A stretch of 64,000 nucleotides of DNA from an uncultured Roseburia sp. GTDB lineage: Bacteria; Bacillota; Clostridia; Lachnospirales; Lachnospiraceae. Location: assembly GCA_934317215.1 (NCBI GenBank), contig CAKREH010000019.1, forward strand, positions 363-64,362. Reading direction: 5' to 3'. Every line of letters starts with the position of its first letter. Position 1 is the stretch's first letter. Below the pieces are notes generated by a model. The model made no database searches, was not told where the DNA came from, and was given only the letters and a program-made list of their open reading frames with translations. Both the position numbers and the translations under genes were made by a program. Of this stretch, positions 48,318-57,337 are shown one piece after another.

Positions 48318-49472
48318 TCAGTGTCTGGTAAATTTTCTGCGGAACGGAATGATCTCTTTTAACTGTTCGATCGCATAATCAATTTCCTCTTCTGTTGTAT
48401 TGACACAGAAGCTGAAACGGATCGTACCCTCTAAATCCGCTTTTTTCAGTCCGATTCCCTGTAATGTTTTGCTCGGTGCCGGTTTATTGGATGAGCATGC
48501 ACTTCCCGCGGAGACGTAGATTTCTTTCTCCTCAAGTGAGTGCAGCATGACTTCGCTTCGCACACTCTGGATTGTGACACTGACGATCTGCGGTGCAGAA
48601 TCTTCTCCTGTCTTTCCGTTGATGGTTACGCCCTCAATTTTTGTTACTTCCTCAATAAAATGCTTTTTCAATGCATACATATGAGCAATCTTTTCGTCAA
48701 AATCTTCGTAGATCTCCATGGCAGCCTCGCCAAGTGCAGCCACTCCCGGAACATTCTCCGTGCCGGAGCGCATGCCTTTCTGCTGTCCGCCACCGTAAAT
48801 GATCGGTTTGATCTTTGTCTTGTCCCTGATATATAAAAATCCGGTTCCCTTTGGCGCATGGATTTTATGACCGCTGACCGAGAGCAGATCAATTCCAAGT
48901 TTTTTCGGGCAGATACGGTATTTTCCATATGCCTGGATCGCATCTACATGAATGATCGTATTCGGATTTTTTTCTTTTATGATCTTCGCAGCCTCTGCAA
49001 TCGGTTCTACCGCACCGATCTCATTGTTGACCATCATCATAGATACAAGGATTGTGTCCTCACAGACTGCATCGCGCAGTTCATCCAGTGAGATCTGTCC
49101 GTTTTCGTCTACCGTAAGATAAGTCACGCGAAATCCCTGTTCTTCTAAATATGCGAGCGGTGAAAGCACCGATGCATGCTCGATTGATGTCGTAATGATA
49201 TGGTTTCCCGCACGTTTATTTGCAAGCGCCGTTCCGATCAGTGCCATATTATTTGATTCTGTACCCCCTGAGGTAAACAGGATTTCTTTTTCATCCGCTT
49301 TTAGTGTTTTTGCGATCCGCTCTTTTGCCTCTTTGATATAACGTTCCGCTACAACTCCCATCGTATGAAGGGAAGACGGATTTCCATAATCCTCCATCAA
49401 CACTTTTACCATCAGATCTTTCGCACGTTCACTGCAGCGTGTCGTTGCTGAATTATCCAGATATGCCTGCAT
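48318..49472 (-). CDS. cysteine desulfurase (NifS/NifZ/IscS family), likely sulfur donor for ThiI
   Basis: PLP Lys motif SGHKIHAPKGTG, catalytic SAGSACSS loop. Immediately upstream of thiI, as B. subtilis nifZ-thiI. Confidence 0.9.
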   Translation of the reverse strand: MQAYLDNSATTRCSERAKDLMVKVLMEDYGNPSSLHTMGVVAERYIKEAKERIAKTLKADEKEILFTSGGTESNNMALIGTALANKRAGNHIITTSIEHASVLSPLAYLEEQGFRVTYLTVDENGQISLDELRDAVCEDTILVSMMMVNNEIGAVEPIAEAAKIIKEKNPNTIIHVDAIQAYGKYRICPKKLGIDLLSVSGHKIHAPKGTGFLYIRDKTKIKPIIYGGGQQKGMRSGTENVPGVAALGEAAMEIYEDFDEKIAHMYALKKHFIEEVTKIEGVTINGKTGEDSAPQIVSVTIQSVRSEVMLHSLEEKEIYVSAGSACSSNKPAPSKTLQGIGLKKADLEGTIRFSFCVNTTEEEIDYAIEQLKEIIPFRRKFTRH

Positions 49473-49514
49473 TTTGTTACTCCTGTTCTGTTAAAAATAA
49501 TATCATCTGAGCTG

Positions 49515-50285
49515 TTAATTTCCATCAGACCGAACGGATTTTTCCGGGCACGACGTTTCGATATGATACATCAGGATCGCAAGTGTCGTAAATCCTGCCG
49601 TCTCGGTGCGAAGGATACGGCTGCCAAGTGAGATCAGTTTCATCTCTCCTTTTACCGCTTTGATTTCTTCCGGTGCAAAACCACCTTCCGGTCCGATAAA
49701 AATACCGATGGACTCTCCCGGTCTGACCGCCTCTACCGCCTCTCTCGTTGCCGCCATGCCGCGCTCATTTTCATAGGGAACCAGCTTTTGGTCAAGTTTC
49801 ATTGCATATGCCACAGCTTCTTTATAGCTCACAGGTTCTGAAACTTTTGGGATCAGACTGCGCTTTGACTGTTTTGCTGCACTCTCCGCAATGCCCTGCC
49901 AGCGTGCTGTCTTTGCCGCCGCCTTTTTTGCATCCAGTTTCACCACACAGTTTTTCATTGCAACCGGGATGATCTCATACACACCAAGTTCGACCGCCTT
50001 TTGGATGATCAGTTCCATCTTGTCATTTTTCGGCAGTCCCTGAAACAGATAGATCCGGTTTGGCAGTTCGGTTCCTGTCTCGTCTTTTTCTAAAATCGAT
50101 GCGCGCACAAAGGAATCCTCAATTTCTGCGATTTCACAGAAATAATTTTCCCCTGCCGGGCCGCTGATACGGATCTTTTCTCCTGACTTCATGCGCAGTA
50201 CATTTTTAATATGATTGACATCGCTGCCCTCGATCATCACAGAATCTTTCCCAATCTGTCCGCTCTCCACAAAAAACTGATACAT
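49515..50285 (-). CDS. rsmE: 16S rRNA (uracil(1498)-N(3))-methyltransferase RsmE
   Basis: MYQFFVE... N-terminus with a PUA-like domain, and a SPOUT C-terminus (IFIGPEGGFAPEEI, LGSRILRTETA). Start moved to ATG 50285. Confidence 0.9.
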   Translation of the reverse strand: MYQFFVESGQIGKDSVMIEGSDVNHIKNVLRMKSGEKIRISGPAGENYFCEIAEIEDSFVRASILEKDETGTELPNRIYLFQGLPKNDKMELIIQKAVELGVYEIIPVAMKNCVVKLDAKKAAAKTARWQGIAESAAKQSKRSLIPKVSEPVSYKEAVAYAMKLDQKLVPYENERGMAATREAVEAVRPGESIGIFIGPEGGFAPEEIKAVKGEMKLISLGSRILRTETAGFTTLAILMYHIETSCPEKSVRSDGN

Positions 50286-50326
50286 TTTTCTAATGCCTTT
50301 CTGTTCGTTGCTGCTGATTACGCTGC

Positions 50327-51310
50327 TTATCTCTTCTGTGCGGTGATATTGACCCACTCACCCTGATGATTGATCTCAACCACGGTAAGACCTGATTTTT
50401 CAATTGCTTCTTTCACCTGATCTTCCTTGAAATCAATGATACCTGAAGTGATAAAGTAACCGCCTTTTTTCAGGCGCGCCGGAATGACCGGAGCCATTGG
50501 AATAATGACATCTGCAAGGATATTTGCAACAACAATATCATACTCCTCTGTACCGACTTTCTCCTGCAGTTCTACGTCGTCGATAAGGTTGCCGACATAA
50601 AATGTTCCAAGTCTGCTGTCTAAATGGTTGACCTCAAAATTTTCATGTGTTGAAGTCATGCAATCCGGGTCAAGATCAGTTCCAACCACCTCGGATGCGC
50701 CAAGTTTTAATGCCACGATGGAAAGAATTCCACTTCCGCAGCCGACATCTAATACTTTTAGTGTTTTATTTTCCGGTGTATATTCCGCGTTGCCACGGAT
50801 ATATTTTAAAAGCTGACGGATACATAGCTGCGTTGTTTCATGTTTTCCAGTTCCAAAAGAAACACCAGGATCGATCTCAATTAAGAATTTGTCCTTATCT
50901 TCCTCTTTTAATTCTTCCCAGGTTGGTTTGATCAAAATATCCTCAATGTAAAATGAGCTGAAAAACTTTTTCCAGTTGTTGATCCAGTCGAGATCCTCTG
51001 TCTGGTCAGAAGTGATGACGCCGCTTCCGACATCCACGATTTTTCTAAGATCCTCGAGTGCGATCTTTACCTGTTTTAATAATTCCGTATAATCCTCTCC
51101 GTTATCCTCTAAATAAAAACTGACATGGCTTACACCGTCATCCGGTGGAAGTTCCGGCAGAAAGTCGATGAACATATCCGCCTGATCTTCTTTGGAAAGC
51201 GGGATATTGTCCTCAATCTCCACTCCCTCGATCCCTAAATCTGCCAGCATGGCACTCATGTAATCTTCCGCTGCAGTTGTTGTTTCTATTGTATATTTAT
51301 TCCACTTCAT
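50327..51310 (-). CDS. prmA: ribosomal protein L11 methyltransferase PrmA
   Basis: MKWNKYTIETT... N-terminus, FGTGKHETT, VLDVGCGSGILS. ATG 51310 follows GGAG. Confidence 0.95.
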   Translation of the reverse strand: MKWNKYTIETTTAAEDYMSAMLADLGIEGVEIEDNIPLSKEDQADMFIDFLPELPPDDGVSHVSFYLEDNGEDYTELLKQVKIALEDLRKIVDVGSGVITSDQTEDLDWINNWKKFFSSFYIEDILIKPTWEELKEEDKDKFLIEIDPGVSFGTGKHETTQLCIRQLLKYIRGNAEYTPENKTLKVLDVGCGSGILSIVALKLGASEVVGTDLDPDCMTSTHENFEVNHLDSRLGTFYVGNLIDDVELQEKVGTEEYDIVVANILADVIIPMAPVIPARLKKGGYFITSGIIDFKEDQVKEAIEKSGLTVVEINHQGEWVNITAQKR

Positions 51311-51634
51311 ACAAATTCTCCATTTCTGTGCTGCTTCTCCATGGTTACTATTCAGACACAAGCCTGATATCTGCTGTCAGGCTGTGCACCATAGAGTATA
51401 TTTCCGTTTACACATAGCTATTTGGTATGATAACACAAAATCGGGGATTTGGCAAAATAAACGTATTTTTTCTTTTGGTGGTGGGGATACTGTAGGGTGT
51501 TTGGAAAAAGAGGATCGGGGTTCGCGGCAGCTCCTTTTTGCCAAAACGTAGAGCGTCAAAAGGTGTTTGATAACGTAAGGCGTGGTAAATTGCGCAAATC
51601 TGAGAGTGGTTTTTGTGACTTTGGGAGAAAATTA

Positions 51635-51780
51635 GAAAATCTTAGTATGCCTGTTCACGCACAGTGTTGTGCTGCCATGGACGGCAGCACAAGTCCTAAT
51701 GTGCCCGGACGGCACATTTAGGACGCACACGTCACTCCGCGATCACACCCCAGCAGGCATACTTAGTTTTTCTTATTTTC
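51635..51780 (+). ncRNA. candidate structured RNA / compound palindromic element (closing helix + two abutting hairpins + U-tract)
   Basis: Helix 51635-51653/51754-51772 (19 positions, 2 mismatches) encloses hairpins 51667-51692 (10 bp) and 51693-51724 (13 bp, 1 bulge). TTTTTCTTATTTTC follows. No ORF. I recognise no Rfam family. Confidence 0.3.
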
Positions 51781-51876
51781 GTACAACGGAAACAAAACCA
51801 GCCTCAGCTTTGCGCACTTTACCAATCACTCCCCCCACACCTTTTGACTCATAACCCCAAAAAAGGAGGAAACGCA

Positions 51877-52056
51877 ATGCACTTTGAAAAAAACGATATC
51901 CCACCGGGATTTGGAATGCTGTTAGGACGAAACGAAAATGCGATGAAATGTTTTTTTGAAATGACAGACGCAGAAAAAGAAGATGTGATAAGACAGACAC
52001 AGGCTGCAAAGTCGACTGACGATATCGCTCAAATCATAGAATGCAGGCTCCTGTAA
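51877..52056 (+). CDS. small hypothetical protein (59 aa)
   Basis: ATG 51877 lies 7 nt after an AAAGGAGGA SD. MHFEKNDIPPGFGMLLGRNENAMKCFFEMTDAEKEDVIRQTQAAKSTDDIAQIIECRLL. Followed by a hairpin terminator. Confidence 0.6.
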   Translation: MHFEKNDIPPGFGMLLGRNENAMKCFFEMTDAEKEDVIRQTQAAKSTDDIAQIIECRLL

Positions 52057-52075
52057 CATCCGTATACATGAAACA

Positions 52076-52099
52076 ACCGGCTGAGCTGCCCCAGCCGGT
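52076..52099. terminator. bidirectional hairpin terminator between convergent genes
   Basis: accggctg-agctgccc-cagccggt (8-bp stem), between the small ORF (+) and the ABC ATPase gene (-). Confidence 0.55.
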
Positions 52100-52107
52100 C
52101 TATTGGA

Positions 52108-52848
52108 TTACAATACTTTAGATAAAAATTCCTGCAGTCGCGGACTCTTCGGATTTGAAAAGATCTCCTGTGGAGTGTTCTCCTCCTGGATAACACCATC
52201 ATTGATGAACATGACACGGTTTGCAACTTCGCGGGCAAATCCCATCTCATGTGTGACGACTACCATTGTCATGCCGTCTGCCGCAAGTTCTTTCATAACG
52301 TTAAGTACCTCGCCAACCATCTCAGGGTCGAGTGCGGATGTCGGTTCATCAAACAAAATGATGTCTGGGTTCATGGCAAGAGATCGCACGATAGCGATAC
52401 GCTGTTTCTGTCCACCGGAAAGCTGTGCCGGGTAGGCATCTGCCTTGTCGGCAAGCCCGATGCGGCTCAGGAGTTCTTCCGCTTTTTTCTCGGCTTCCTC
52501 TTTGGTCATTTTCCCAAGTTTGACCGGAGCTAACATAATATTTTCACGGATGGTCATATTCGGGAACAGGTTGAACTGCTGAAATACCATTCCGATCTTT
52601 TCACGGACATGATTGATATCCACGGATGCGTCTGTCATGTCTGTGCCCTCGAACAATACATGACCACTTGTCGGGACCTCAAGCAGATTCAGAGAACGCA
52701 GAAAAGTTGATTTTCCGCAGCCGGATGGACCGATCAGTGCCAGAACGTCTCCTTTTTTGATGGTTGTGGAGATACCTTTTAATACTTCGTGATCTCCATA
52801 GGATTTATGCAGATCATTTACCTCAAGAATGACTGTATTATCGCTCAT
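52108..52848 (-). CDS. amino acid ABC transporter ATP-binding protein (GlnQ/ArtP type)
   Basis: [30 protein letters not shown], 246 aa. Confidence 0.95.
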   Translation of the reverse strand: MSDNTVILEVNDLHKSYGDHEVLKGISTTIKKGDVLALIGPSGCGKSTFLRSLNLLEVPTSGHVLFEGTDMTDASVDINHVREKIGMVFQQFNLFPNMTIRENIMLAPVKLGKMTKEEAEKKAEELLSRIGLADKADAYPAQLSGGQKQRIAIVRSLAMNPDIILFDEPTSALDPEMVGEVLNVMKELAADGMTMVVVTHEMGFAREVANRVMFINDGVIQEENTPQEIFSNPKSPRLQEFLSKVL

Positions 52849-54379
52849 TGCTTCTTAACTTCCTTTCTAACAGATTTACCACTTTGCTCAGTCCCATTAC
52901 CATGATAAGGTAAATCAGGGCAACTGCGATCAGCGGCATAAATGCCTCATAAGTTACACTTCGTATGATATCTCCCCCTTTGGTCAGATCCATAAGACCG
53001 ATGTAGCCACTGATGGACGTCTCTTTTAAAAGACTGATAAACTCATTGCAGAGTGCCGGCAGGATATTTTTTACCGCCTGCGGCAGGATGATCGACATCA
53101 TGGTCTGCTTGTAATTAAGACCCAGGCTTCGTCCGGCTTCAAACTGTCCGATATCCACTGCCATGATTCCGGAACGTACGATCTCAGCAACGTATGCTGC
53201 AGAGTTTAAACCAAATGCAATGACTGCCACAACAATTTTTCCGGTGTCAATACTCTGGAAAATAACATAATAAATGATCAAAAGCTGGATCATGACAGGT
53301 GTTCCGCGCACAATGGTCAGATAAAGCTTACAGAGTGCATTTAAGATCGTCAGCCCACCGTTTCTGTCATGATTGGTACGGACGATTGCGATCAGAAATC
53401 CAAATACAACCCCGACTAACAATGCAAGCACTGTAATCAAAAGCGTATTTCCAAGACCTTTTAACAAATACACATAGCGGCTGTCTTTTACAAAGTTGTC
53501 ATAAAATTTCTCACTAAGTCCCGCTTTTTCAGAAGTTACCGTATCATCTTTTACAATAATGACCTGCTTTGAAGTCGTATAAGTATCGGTAAAATTAACA
53601 TTCTTTTTCCGCTCCTCTGTCACGGTAAAACCTGCTGCTCCGATATCGACCTTGCCAGTTGAGATTGCCGGAATAATTGAGTCAAACGCCATATCCTCGA
53701 TTTTTAATTCCATACCAAGTTCATCACTGACAGCACGCATAATATCCATATCGATTCCTACGATCTGTCCATCTTCATAGCTCTCATATGGTGGAAACTC
53801 TGCATTTGTTCCAACCGTCAGAGTTCCATTTTCATGGCTGACATCTTTAGATTCATACGGAAACTTTCCAATCTCATCCTCAGTGCCGATGTAATTTTTC
53901 TGAATATTTGTGATCGTACCATCTGCTTCTAATTTTTCCAGAGCACTGTTGACCTTATCTAAAAGCTCTGTATTATTTTTTGCAACAACGAACGCATAGT
54001 CCTCAAGGGTAAATTCTTCATCCAAGATACGGATTCCTGTGTTCTGCTCTACGAATTTAATCGCTGGCTGCTCATCAATGACAACGCAGTCAATCTTTCC
54101 CTGTTTTAATGCCTGGATCGCATCCGCACCTTTGTTGTAACGCTCCACCACGGTGCCGGAGCCATCGCTCTCGTAATCACTGACATAAATATCTCCTGTA
54201 GTACCAAGCTGGACACCGATTCTTTTTCCCGGCAGATCATCTACCGAATTCACGGTTCCAGATGTACTTTCCGTGCTCTGTGCCTCATCTGCTGCCATCA
54301 CTTCATAGCCTGCTGCACCGATCAGTATGGTACAGAATAAAAGCATGGCCGCAAGTAAACGTTTACCTGTTTTCTTCAT
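52838..54379 (-). CDS. fused amino acid ABC transporter substrate-binding domain + permease; the binding domain appears circularly permuted
   Basis: Signal peptide, then [16 protein letters not shown]...KNYIG (normally the C-terminal two thirds of a type-3 substrate-binding protein (SBP)). Next comes [14 protein letters not shown]...GIDMDI...[14 protein letters not shown] (normally the N-terminal third). Then a HisM/GlnP-type permease with the EAA loop (EAGRSLGL). Confidence 0.85.
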   Translation of the reverse strand: MKKTGKRLLAAMLLFCTILIGAAGYEVMAADEAQSTESTSGTVNSVDDLPGKRIGVQLGTTGDIYVSDYESDGSGTVVERYNKGADAIQALKQGKIDCVVIDEQPAIKFVEQNTGIRILDEEFTLEDYAFVVAKNNTELLDKVNSALEKLEADGTITNIQKNYIGTEDEIGKFPYESKDVSHENGTLTVGTNAEFPPYESYEDGQIVGIDMDIMRAVSDELGMELKIEDMAFDSIIPAISTGKVDIGAAGFTVTEERKKNVNFTDTYTTSKQVIIVKDDTVTSEKAGLSEKFYDNFVKDSRYVYLLKGLGNTLLITVLALLVGVVFGFLIAIVRTNHDRNGGLTILNALCKLYLTIVRGTPVMIQLLIIYYVIFQSIDTGKIVVAVIAFGLNSAAYVAEIVRSGIMAVDIGQFEAGRSLGLNYKQTMMSIILPQAVKNILPALCNEFISLLKETSISGYIGLMDLTKGGDIIRSVTYEAFMPLIAVALIYLIMVMGLSKVVNLLERKLRSNER

Positions 54380-54430
54380 GGTCTTTTTCTCCTCATTTTC
54401 GTGTATAAATATTCATTTTTCCGAATAGGT

Positions 54431-54439
54431 AGTATAGCA
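54431..54439 (-). promoter_or_regulatory. candidate extended -10 element (TGCTATACT) for the amino-acid ABC operon
   Basis: Minus strand TGcTATACT about 50 nt upstream of the GAGGAG SD. No good -35. Confidence 0.35.
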
Positions 54440-54484
54440 CACTTTTTTGTCAAAAGAAAGTATTGCCGTATATTTACTGTATTC

Positions 54485-55252
54485 CTACATATATTCTCTC
54501 ATCTGGTCTATCAGTGATAACATGAATTTCTGTCCGTCGATTCCGACCGCTTCATCAAACTTTTCTCCATTTACGATAGAATTTGACAGAATCCGCACGC
54601 CAAGAAACGGTACCCCATAAGAAAGGCAAAGCTGGGCTGCCGCCGCCGACTCCATATCTTCCACGGCTGTATGATACCGCTCTCTTAAAAGTGCGATCCG
54701 GTCAAGCTGGTTATTCCACTCATCCCCGGAACCGATCACCCCACGGCCGGTATGATATTTCGTTTTTACCTGCTCCGCCGCTTTCAAAAGTTTTTCGTCA
54801 CACGGATACTCTGTCACTTTTTTTGTCTTTCCCGTTTCCCGGCAAAAAATTTCCACCGGAAGCAGTGAAAAACTTTTTCCATCAATTCCCGCTCCCTCCT
54901 CAGAAAATGCATATGCGATTGCTCCCATCGGAACAACCTTTTCTCCAAGCACGATGTCCCCTCTGTGAAATTTTTTATCGTGGCCTCCGCCGATTCCCTG
55001 ATTGATCACCGCCCATGGCTTAAAGTATGCCAGTGCAAGGCTTGTCGCTGCCGCAGCATTGACCATTCCCTGAAATGTCTTTGAAATGATGACAGGCTCT
55101 CTTTTTGTACCGAGAAATCCTGTGTGAAACTGCCAGTTTCCAATTGTGACGCACTCATGTTCCTCTAAATGTTCTATGAAATATGCCGTCTCTGTATCCA
55201 TGGCTCCCTGAATCAGAAGAGATGGCTGTTTTTTAAAATCATAATTGCCCAT
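54485..55252 (-). CDS. mtnN: 5'-methylthioadenosine/S-adenosylhomocysteine nucleosidase family protein
   Basis: LLIQGAMDTE N-terminus, VEDMESAAAAQ, RILSN. PNP_UDP_1 fold. Divergent from luxS. Confidence 0.8.
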   Translation of the reverse strand: MGNYDFKKQPSLLIQGAMDTETAYFIEHLEEHECVTIGNWQFHTGFLGTKREPVIISKTFQGMVNAAAATSLALAYFKPWAVINQGIGGGHDKKFHRGDIVLGEKVVPMGAIAYAFSEEGAGIDGKSFSLLPVEIFCRETGKTKKVTEYPCDEKLLKAAEQVKTKYHTGRGVIGSGDEWNNQLDRIALLRERYHTAVEDMESAAAAQLCLSYGVPFLGVRILSNSIVNGEKFDEAVGIDGQKFMLSLIDQMREYM

Positions 55253-55435
55253 TGTATTTATTTCTCCCTTTTTCCTCTTTAATTTTTCTTGACGAACTAT
55301 AATATCTGTTTTATGGTAGTTTCATAATACATTGTCCAGCGAAAAAAAAGCAATAGAAAGAGGATAAAAATTACTTTTACTGCTGCACATTTCGTTACTG
55401 TAACAATATTTTAAACGCAAACATGGAGGATTCTT

Positions 55436-55915
55436 ATGGAAAAAATAGCAAGTTTTACGATTGATCATATTAAATTAGAGCCTGGTGTCTATGTATCAAG
55501 AAAAGATACCGTCGGCTCCGAAGTCATCACTACATTCGATCTGCGCATGACTTCCCCAAACGATGAACCGGTTATGAATACCGCAGAAGTACACACGATC
55601 GAGCATCTTGGTGCCACATTTTTAAGAAATCATCCTCTTTATAAGGATAAAACGATCTATTTCGGACCGATGGGATGCCGTACCGGATTTTATCTGCTGC
55701 TCGCAGGAGATTATGAGTCAAAAGATATCGTTGGACTGATCACGGAAATGTTTGAATTTATCCGCGATTTTCATGACGAAGTACCTGGTGCCTCTCCAAA
55801 GGACTGCGGTAACTACTTAGATATGAACCTTGGCATGGCAAATTATCTTGCCAGCCGTTATTTAGAGAACACACTGTATGGAATTGATGATGCACATCTT
55901 ATTTATCCGGCTTAA
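55436..55915 (+). CDS. luxS: S-ribosylhomocysteine lyase LuxS
   Basis: HTIEHL metal-binding motif and GPMGCRTGFY. 159 aa. GGAGGA SD. Confidence 0.95.
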   Translation: MEKIASFTIDHIKLEPGVYVSRKDTVGSEVITTFDLRMTSPNDEPVMNTAEVHTIEHLGATFLRNHPLYKDKTIYFGPMGCRTGFYLLLAGDYESKDIVGLITEMFEFIRDFHDEVPGASPKDCGNYLDMNLGMANYLASRYLENTLYGIDDAHLIYPA

Positions 55916-55970
55916 AAATTTTACCAGACCTTGTGAATAATATCGAGGCGATAATTTATAGACGCAAATG

Positions 55971-56031
55971 GGCTGAAAATGGGCATATAGCAAACAATTT
56001 TCTGCTATATGCCCAGTTCGTAATTTCAGCC
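55971..56031. terminator. nested bidirectional hairpin between convergent luxS and the XRE gene
   Basis: ggctgaaa...tttcagcc encloses tgggcatatagca-(10 nt)-tgctatatgccca (13-bp stem). Confidence 0.6.
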
Positions 56032-56062
56032 TTCTTCCGTTATATTTTCATAAATTCAGAAG

Positions 56063-57058
56063 TCACTCATACGTCGTAGTCACAAATTTTTCTCCAATCT
56101 GTTCCCCCTCCTCTAAAACATCAAAATTCATCTCATCATCCACCGCAATCTGATAGCCGTATATCTGCTCTTCGCCACTCTCCGGTGTCAGATAATCAAA
56201 TGCAACATAATAGCTTTCCGGCTTTTCTCCTTCCGGTGCCCCGTAGGTCACATATTCTCCCGTAACCGATGCCACATCTTTATTTTCAAGAAGCAGCGTT
56301 TTTGCATAAAGTTTCGCCATAACTGCCTGCTCACCTGCCGACTGTGTGTACATCTGGCATACTTTTTCTACGATACCTTTGGTATTCCATGCCAACACCG
56401 CCACAAACACTGCCATCAACAGGAAAAAGCTCAGTTTCTTTTTTATCTCTTTTTTCTGGATACATGAAACGAAAAGCCATAATAATATCATTTCCCAGAA
56501 AATATCGATCAGCAGGGAGAACTCCCTCAAATGGAAAAAAATATTCCCTACAGATAATGTGAAAAGTGCTGCTCCAAGCAAAAATCCGCGATAAATCCTC
56601 TTTGACTCTTCGTCCTCAGCCTCCCGGTAATAGCACCAGCTGATTGCAGCCGTAAGCACCGCAGTGTAAAAGATCAGCACTTCGAACCATGCCTGCTTTC
56701 CGATAAAAATGACGGTGATCAGTGCCAATATCATGCATACTGCAGCAATCGTTGTATTTCTCCTGTCATCTCTCCGCTGTTTTTTTGCAAAATGCAGAGT
56801 ATCCGTCATCGCCTCTGAAACTGTTTCACTTGGAACTTCCATTTCCGTAAATTTTTCAGATTTCATAATTTCAAGCACACTGATCCCGAGTGCCTTCGCC
56901 AGCGGTTCAATCGTGTTAATATCCGGAAATCCCAATCCACGCTCCCAACGGCTGACTGCCTTGTCTGTCACATGTATTTTTTCTGCGAGCTGCGCCTGCG
57001 TCATATTTTTCTCTTTCCGCATTGCGGCAATAAAAGTACCAAATTTATTTGCGTCCAT
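56063..57058 (-). CDS. XRE-family HTH protein fused to a multi-TM and extracytoplasmic domain
   Basis: MDANKFGTFIAAMRKEKNMTQAQLAEKIHVTDKAVSRWERGLGFPDI HTH, then ~5 TM segments and a ~110-aa C-terminal domain. ATG 57058 follows GGAGG. Confidence 0.8.
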   Translation of the reverse strand: MDANKFGTFIAAMRKEKNMTQAQLAEKIHVTDKAVSRWERGLGFPDINTIEPLAKALGISVLEIMKSEKFTEMEVPSETVSEAMTDTLHFAKKQRRDDRRNTTIAAVCMILALITVIFIGKQAWFEVLIFYTAVLTAAISWCYYREAEDEESKRIYRGFLLGAALFTLSVGNIFFHLREFSLLIDIFWEMILLWLFVSCIQKKEIKKKLSFFLLMAVFVAVLAWNTKGIVEKVCQMYTQSAGEQAVMAKLYAKTLLLENKDVASVTGEYVTYGAPEGEKPESYYVAFDYLTPESGEEQIYGYQIAVDDEMNFDVLEEGEQIGEKFVTTTYE

Positions 57059-57337
57059 ACTGCCTCCATTTGTACCTGTGAAAATTTTCTTAAATGTTCC
57101 TGTGGCAATGGGATCCACGCACAGTAAACATTCTATTGCCATAAATCAACGATAGTCCACTTTCATTCATTTTGCAATCAATCCGGCATTTATACTGCGT
57201 TTTGGGCACTCTACGATTCGTTTCCTCATAAAAAAGCAGTAAAATTCTCCATATTTCTATCTTTGAAGAACTTACTGCCGTTTTTCATGTCTATAATTTC
57301 GTTTTAAAAATATTATGATCCAACGAGAGATTTCTCT

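Noticed and set aside
51635-51772. MITE/IS remnant interpretation of the 19-bp terminal inverted complementarity
   Set aside because: There is no target-site duplication at the flanks and no transposase anywhere in the window. Copy number cannot be assessed here, so this is kept only as an alternative in the finding.
51377-52009. Short ORFs in the prmA upstream gap (51377-51559, 51497-51721, 51669-51854, 51773-52009)
   Set aside because: They have no ribosome-binding sites and an implausible composition. They run straight through the perfect hairpins, so the region behaves as non-coding.
55253-55435. SAM/SAH riboswitch in the mtnN-luxS spacer
   Set aside because: There are no conserved SAM-I or SAH aptamer cores or terminator-like hairpins. 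The spacer looks like plain divergent promoters.
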